Shown: positions 58,801 to 64,000 of the stretch, in pieces
How the letters are laid out: every line of letters starts with the position of its first letter
Numbering within the stretch: position 1 is the first letter of the stretch
DNA from: a virus
Length of the DNA stretch: 64,000 nt
Strand: one strand, 5' to 3'
IMG/VR virus record: IMGVR_UViG_3300008261_000084
Span: 1 to 64,000 of that record
Made by a program: the position numbers and the translations under genes
Notes under the pieces: model-generated
What the model saw: only the letters and a program-made list of their open reading frames with translations
What the model was told of the DNA's origin: nothing
The model's database searches: none

Positions 58801-61800
58801 ATGACTTGTGAAGTAAAAAGTAATGCTCTATTGCATTTGCAAAATGTGAATGCAATAGACAACAATCAATCTATTATTGATCCTAAAAAGTTTTTAGAAG
58901 AAGTAAACAAACTCACTCAATTTGCATCTATCAAATATGGATTAGATACTAAAAATGATTACTTATTTACAAAAGAAACAGATGAAAAGGGTGTTGAAGT
59001 AGCTGTACCAAATGAAATCTTATTTGATGACTTTCAAATTCTTAAAAATAAGTATGACGGGGTAGAAACAGATGAGACATCTGCAGAGACAATTCAGGAA
59101 GAGCTACCAGAAACTTCTCCTACAGAAGCACCATTTGCAATAGACAATAGTGTTCCATTAGTAGATATCAACATTGATAAAATCAATGATATTCACTCAA
59201 GAGATTTAGCTGAATTAATGGCTATGAAAATGGCCAATAAAATGAAAGTAGATTATTTTAATATATCTGCAAAAGAAGCAACAGATTTATTGAAGAACAC
59301 TGCTAAACCATACAATAGTCAACCTGCATTTTACTATGCAGGAAATGTATATTTTGTAGGAGAGAATATTACTGCTGATACAGTTTTACATGAATTCTCA
59401 CATCCTTTAATGCAAGCTATAAGAATAAAAAATCCAGTTTTATTCAACAGTTTATATGATACATTAGCTAGTACTGTAGAAGGTAAAAGTCTTATTGATT
59501 TAATAAACAAAACATATCCTGAATTAGATACTGAGTCACCATTATTCAAAGAAGAAGCTCTTGTTTATAGTTTACAATTAGCTACCTTGAATAAAATCAA
59601 TAAGCAAATTGAATCAGATGGGTTTAAATCATTTTTAAACAAATTAATAGCAGGATTAAAGCAGGTATTACGTGGGTTATTTGGAACTGAGGTGTTTGTG
59701 AAAAATCTTTCACCATCTACAAGTATCAATGAATTAGCTGAGATGCTATTGGATGAAACCTCTTTTAACTTTGAGAATGCTAAATTAACTGAGCAAGACT
59801 TAGTGATGTATGCAAAAGATGTGACTACAAGAGCATTAAAATTGATTCAGATGTCAAAATCTGCAGAAAATCTTCAGGATCTTATCAATACTAATTTTGC
59901 TACAAACAGTGCTATATACAAAGAAGTATTAAACTTTAAAGGTAAAAAGCTAACTGCTCAAATGTTATATAATACATTAAGAGCTAGTGGTACTACAGCT
60001 TTATTACCGGATGTTGTTAAGAATATGAAACGCTATGAGACTTTATCTTCAGATAGAATAGAAGTTGAAGTAAAAAGTGACTTAGCAGAACTTGAAGAAT
60101 TACAGAATAAAGCAAAAGCCTTTGTAAATAGCTTTGATAAAATTGATAGAGCATCAGAAAATATTATCAATGACTTAAACAAAATTCTAAAGCAAGCTAA
60201 TATAATTGATAATAGTACTTTAGGTCTTGTAAACATTTATAAAAACACTGCATATTCTTGGTCTAATCTTATATCAGAAGTTAATGACATCCTTGATGAA
60301 GACAATCCTGATAGATCAAATGAGTTTTACCAGGTAATAAATAAAATTGCAAATGAATTAGCAGTAATCCAGACTAAAATTTCTGAGATTTACAAAAAGA
60401 ACAACATTCAATTTTTTGTTGAGAACACATCTAACATGAATAAGTTCATCAAAGAACAGTTCAAAAAAGATTTTGGTAATGCATTAAAGAATATTTTTCC
60501 TGACACAGCTGAATTAGAATTAGAACTTAATAATATCTACAATAAAGTTGTTGAGCAAAGAGATGTAATTCCTGATTTGCAGAGATATGCTGAAAAAGGG
60601 GCCCCATTACCGGTGTTACAAAAGTTTATAACTGACTATGCAAAATACATTATAGATGAATCAAAAATAAAGGATGCTCTTACAGGACATGCAAAAGATG
60701 TAAGTTGGTTTAATAGATGGTTAGAGTCTTATACTTCAAGTAATGATCCAATTGTTGGTTCATTAGCATTGTTTATAGAAAACCAAAAAACTAAAGTATT
60801 AAATGAAGTTTGGAAAAATGGTACAGAATTCAGAAATAAACTTGCTGGTTTACTAGGTAAAATAAACTTTAACAAAATGGATTCTTTACAGCTAAGAGAT
60901 ATGTTAGCTACAGAAGATGAAGTATTCTATTTTGATAAAAAAACAGGACAGACTGTACCTAAAAAAGTTTGGACTTTTTTAAATGATTTTGGTAATGGTT
61001 GGAGATTTCAGTTAGATCAATTGGAATACAACTATGCAAAAGCAAAAGACACAGGAGATAAAGATGTTATAGGAAAAGCTTTGCAAGATCTGAGACAGTT
61101 TAAAAAAGACTACATGTGGCAAGAATATACTTCTGAGTATTATGAGAAAGATGATATCTTCAAGGAATCTGAAATAGGTGCTCTAGCTTATGCTGCTAGA
61201 AAAAATGCATTGGATGAATACAACAACTTGCAAAATGAGTTTGACAGAGAGGAAGATAGATACCAAAACTTTGGTCAACTTGAAGCTGCATATAGAAAGT
61301 ATCAACAATTGTATTCTCCATTTACAGAAGGTAGTGTTTTAAAAATTGATGACCCTGCTAAAGGTATTTATGATAAATCAATCTATGAATTATTAACAAA
61401 ACATAGAGAGGCTACCAAAGATTTTTATGAGTTTATTCCAATCAAAGGATCATTAGAGAACTCATATAATGAGTTTACTTCATCATTACTGTTGAAGAAA
61501 AACTCTGCTGGTAAACCCATGAAAAAAACAGATCAAGAATTTATTGATCAAGTTCATGAGTGGACAAAGCAAAATGTTAAAATGGTTTATGCTGATGAAT
61601 TTTATAAAGCAAGAAATAGAATATTTACTAGATTAGCTGAAATACAAGCAAAACAAAGAGAAGCTAACAAAAATGCTTTTGATGTATCAGAAGCATACAA
61701 AACCATAAGTAATTTAATCTACAGCTTTAGAGATGATTTTGGTCAACCAGATGCTTCAAAATTGGGCCCTGAAAGGTTACAAAAAATAAAAGAGTTGCAA

Positions 61801-63951
61801 CAATCTATTGTTGATTTCCAATCTAAAATGGATTTTGAATCTGGTTTATCTAAAGAAGATAGTTTAAGATTAGAGGAGTTAGAAAAAATCAAGAAAGAAG
61901 GAGAATTCACCAACAGTGAAGCTAAAGAATATATTGACCTTAACAGAAAGTTACAAGTTGAAGGTATTGATCCGGGATTAGTTGCTGAGATGAAAGACCT
62001 GCTTTCTGAATTAAAAGACATGTCTTCTAAAATGCCAACTGAATACTATTTAGATAACTTGAATTTGTATCTTTCAAAATATAGTATCAGAGAAGTTAAA
62101 GAAGCTGATGTAGATGATTTCATAAACAGTGATGCTTTCTTTGATTTAGTAAAAAAAGATGAAGCATTAGGTGACTGGTTTCATTTAAATCATATTATTG
62201 TTGAGGCTTATGAAAATAACCAAGTTGTAGAAAAGTTTCAAAGAACCGCAGCTAACTCAGTTACTAGACCAAGTGATCCAACACATTATAAAACTACTAC
62301 AATAGTAGACAGTGACGGAGAAACTATAACAATAATGGGTGTGCCAAATTCTAGACACTCAAGACTTGAGATTAAAGATAAGTACAGAACTATACCAAAA
62401 GGTAAAACTCCTAAAGAATACATAGGAATCTATGTAGATAACAAAGGTAATTTCTTACCAAGAAGTTTTGAGCCCGGTAAAAAGAGTTCTGCAGTTGATG
62501 ATAGATTTATTGATAAAAGATACAAAGCATTAAAAGCAAAACCTGATTCACCAGAGTTTCAATTATTAGAAGAGTTTAAAAAATACCATCTTAAAATGCA
62601 AGATGGTAAAAGTAATTATGGTAAGTTGTATTTAGATTTACCAAGATATGGTGCTAGAGGTGATGTATATCAAACTTTCCAAAAAGGTCTTTATGGTGAT
62701 AAGATAAATGCTTTAGGAAAGAATGTTAAAGAATGGATGAAATTAAGTTTTGGTAAGTCTAATGAAGACCACATGAATAATCTTAACTATGATCCAGAAA
62801 ATAACTTAGTGCATACTAATTTAAATGGTGATAGAATTTCTTACATTCCTGTAACCGGTATATTCAACTTAGACTCTGATGTTGTAAATGCTGATATATT
62901 CAGTACACTTGATCAGTATCACTTATCATTATTCACACATGCTGAGTTGACAAAATCTTTACCACTTGTTGAGTCTATATTGAGTACATTGGAAGATCCA
63001 AAAAATCAATTGAAAGACTTAAATGCATATTCAGAGAATATAGTTAATGGTAAGAATAAAAGAATAAACCCTAACAAAAAAGCTACTACTAATAATAGAG
63101 CTGGTCAGGTAAGATCTTTATTGGAAAGAGAATGGTATGGTAGAAATGTTGTTGGTATAGAAGAGAACCATCCTACATTAAGTAAATGGTTAAACACTCT
63201 AACTAAGCTATCAAGTAGTGCAGCTCTTGCAGTAAATATACCATCAGATTTAAAAAACCAAGTTTCAGGTTATGTGCAAACTTTAATTGAATCATCAGGA
63301 GGTGAGTTCATAACTAGTAAAGACTTTGCATTATCGGCACCATGGTCTACTAAAGCTCTCCTAGAATGGACATCTAAAAGTATTTACCAAAAAGAAGCTC
63401 CAGCACTGTCATCTCAACTTATACAGTTGTTTGATGTATCCTTTAAAACTAAAGATAACTTAGGAAAAAGTGTTTACAGAAGTCTTTGGAAAGATTTAGC
63501 AAATGGTGAGTGGATGATGATGCATAGAAAATTTGGTGAGATGGATGTAGCAATGAAGCTTTTTGGTAGTTTCATGTTTGGTCAAAAAGTTGAAATGGAA
63601 ATGGCTAATGGTAAAAAAGATACTATTAGATATATTGATGCATGGGAGACTGATGAAAATGGGATTGCAAAATTAAAAGAAGGAGTTCACCCAAGCTGGA
63701 ATTATCAAGAAGTATTTCATGAATACCAAAAAGGAGAAACTTTGGATGAAATTGCTAAAAAATATAACATCACTGTTGATGAGCTAAAAGAAAGAAACAG
63801 AATCAAAGATGTAATTCAGCTTGAAGATGGTCAAGAAATAGTTATTGCTAAGTCAGAGTTTTTTATGAATTTTAAAAACAAAATGCAAGCAGTATCTAGA
63901 AGACTATATGGTGCTTATGATGATTTTGGACAAGCTGAGGGTAATAAATAG
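58801..63951 (+). CDS. Giant virion protein with zincin HExxH and LysM domains; apparently truncated or frameshifted at the 3' end
   Basis: LHEFSH...EE (59389); LysM HEYQKGETLDEIAKKYNITVDELKERNRIKDVIQLEDGQEIVI (about 63718-63846); coding-like sequence continues after the TAG in another frame. Confidence 0.8.
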   Translation: MTCEVKSNALLHLQNVNAIDNNQSIIDPKKFLEEVNKLTQFASIKYGLDTKNDYLFTKETDEKGVEVAVPNEILFDDFQILKNKYDGVETDETSAETIQEELPETSPTEAPFAIDNSVPLVDINIDKINDIHSRDLAELMAMKMANKMKVDYFNISAKEATDLLKNTAKPYNSQPAFYYAGNVYFVGENITADTVLHEFSHPLMQAIRIKNPVLFNSLYDTLASTVEGKSLIDLINKTYPELDTESPLFKEEALVYSLQLATLNKINKQIESDGFKSFLNKLIAGLKQVLRGLFGTEVFVKNLSPSTSINELAEMLLDETSFNFENAKLTEQDLVMYAKDVTTRALKLIQMSKSAENLQDLINTNFATNSAIYKEVLNFKGKKLTAQMLYNTLRASGTTALLPDVVKNMKRYETLSSDRIEVEVKSDLAELEELQNKAKAFVNSFDKIDRASENIINDLNKILKQANIIDNSTLGLVNIYKNTAYSWSNLISEVNDILDEDNPDRSNEFYQVINKIANELAVIQTKISEIYKKNNIQFFVENTSNMNKFIKEQFKKDFGNALKNIFPDTAELELELNNIYNKVVEQRDVIPDLQRYAEKGAPLPVLQKFITDYAKYIIDESKIKDALTGHAKDVSWFNRWLESYTSSNDPIVGSLALFIENQKTKVLNEVWKNGTEFRNKLAGLLGKINFNKMDSLQLRDMLATEDEVFYFDKKTGQTVPKKVWTFLNDFGNGWRFQLDQLEYNYAKAKDTGDKDVIGKALQDLRQFKKDYMWQEYTSEYYEKDDIFKESEIGALAYAARKNALDEYNNLQNEFDREEDRYQNFGQLEAAYRKYQQLYSPFTEGSVLKIDDPAKGIYDKSIYELLTKHREATKDFYEFIPIKGSLENSYNEFTSSLLLKKNSAGKPMKKTDQEFIDQVHEWTKQNVKMVYADEFYKARNRIFTRLAEIQAKQREANKNAFDVSEAYKTISNLIYSFRDDFGQPDASKLGPERLQKIKELQQSIVDFQSKMDFESGLSKEDSLRLEELEKIKKEGEFTNSEAKEYIDLNRKLQVEGIDPGLVAEMKDLLSELKDMSSKMPTEYYLDNLNLYLSKYSIREVKEADVDDFINSDAFFDLVKKDEALGDWFHLNHIIVEAYENNQVVEKFQRTAANSVTRPSDPTHYKTTTIVDSDGETITIMGVPNSRHSRLEIKDKYRTIPKGKTPKEYIGIYVDNKGNFLPRSFEPGKKSSAVDDRFIDKRYKALKAKPDSPEFQLLEEFKKYHLKMQDGKSNYGKLYLDLPRYGARGDVYQTFQKGLYGDKINALGKNVKEWMKLSFGKSNEDHMNNLNYDPENNLVHTNLNGDRISYIPVTGIFNLDSDVVNADIFSTLDQYHLSLFTHAELTKSLPLVESILSTLEDPKNQLKDLNAYSENIVNGKNKRINPNKKATTNNRAGQVRSLLEREWYGRNVVGIEENHPTLSKWLNTLTKLSSSAALAVNIPSDLKNQVSGYVQTLIESSGGEFITSKDFALSAPWSTKALLEWTSKSIYQKEAPALSSQLIQLFDVSFKTKDNLGKSVYRSLWKDLANGEWMMMHRKFGEMDVAMKLFGSFMFGQKVEMEMANGKKDTIRYIDAWETDENGIAKLKEGVHPSWNYQEVFHEYQKGETLDEIAKKYNITVDELKERNRIKDVIQLEDGQEIVIAKSEFFMNFKNKMQAVSRRLYGAYDDFGQAEGNK

Positions 63952-64000
63952 CAAGATATGATTGGGCTTTAGGAAAACCTACAAAAGGATTTTATGTTAA

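Noticed and set aside
265-62021. Short minus-strand and nested alternate-frame ORFs in the track (e.g. 265..561, 9084..9419, 41165..41566, 49733..50065)
   Set aside because: They are shadows of long plus-strand genes, with Phe/Leu/Ser-rich antisense composition and no motifs or start context.
1-64000. Stop-codon reassignment (TAG to Gln or TGA to Trp), known in some crAss-like phages
   Set aside because: Multi-kb ORFs are intact under the standard code, and TAG/TGA occur at sensible gene ends immediately followed by new starts.
1-64000. DGR template repeat, reverse transcriptase, tRNAs, introns, inteins, integrase
   Set aside because: No AAC-rich copy of the VR, RT motif, cloverleaf, or intein/homing-endonuclease signature recognised; intergenic gaps are mostly too short. 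A dedicated scan was not possible.

Overview
AT-rich window with every credible gene on the + strand. It is best read as the late/structural half of a crAss-like (Crassvirales-type) phage of a Bacteroidota, probably Flavobacteriia-like, host. Gene order: end of the major capsid gene with a terminator; a cluster of small Lys-rich proteins; ring/adaptor, Dps/ferritin-like and auxiliary structural genes; a ~12 kb Cys-rich fibre module (collagen fibre, paralogous fibres, and a Fibrobacter-succinogenes-major-domain protein whose 3' end looks like a DGR variable region); IHF-like, tail ring, tail tubular and tail stabilisation/muzzle genes; then the injected cargo genes, including a 3656-aa virion RNA polymerase (DFDID motif). 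Most notable: (1) a recurring phi-x-x-G-G peptide signal shared by the small basic proteins and the cargo proteins, where it brackets kinase-like, zincin and methyltransferase-like cassettes, suggesting a virion polyprotein sorting/processing system; (2) an AlkB-type dioxygenase embedded in the virion RNAP; (3) an orphan DGR target; (4) a repeated ACTATATTAT promoter-like element; (5) several junctions that look like deletions or misassembly. All assignments come from motif reading and synteny; no database search was run.
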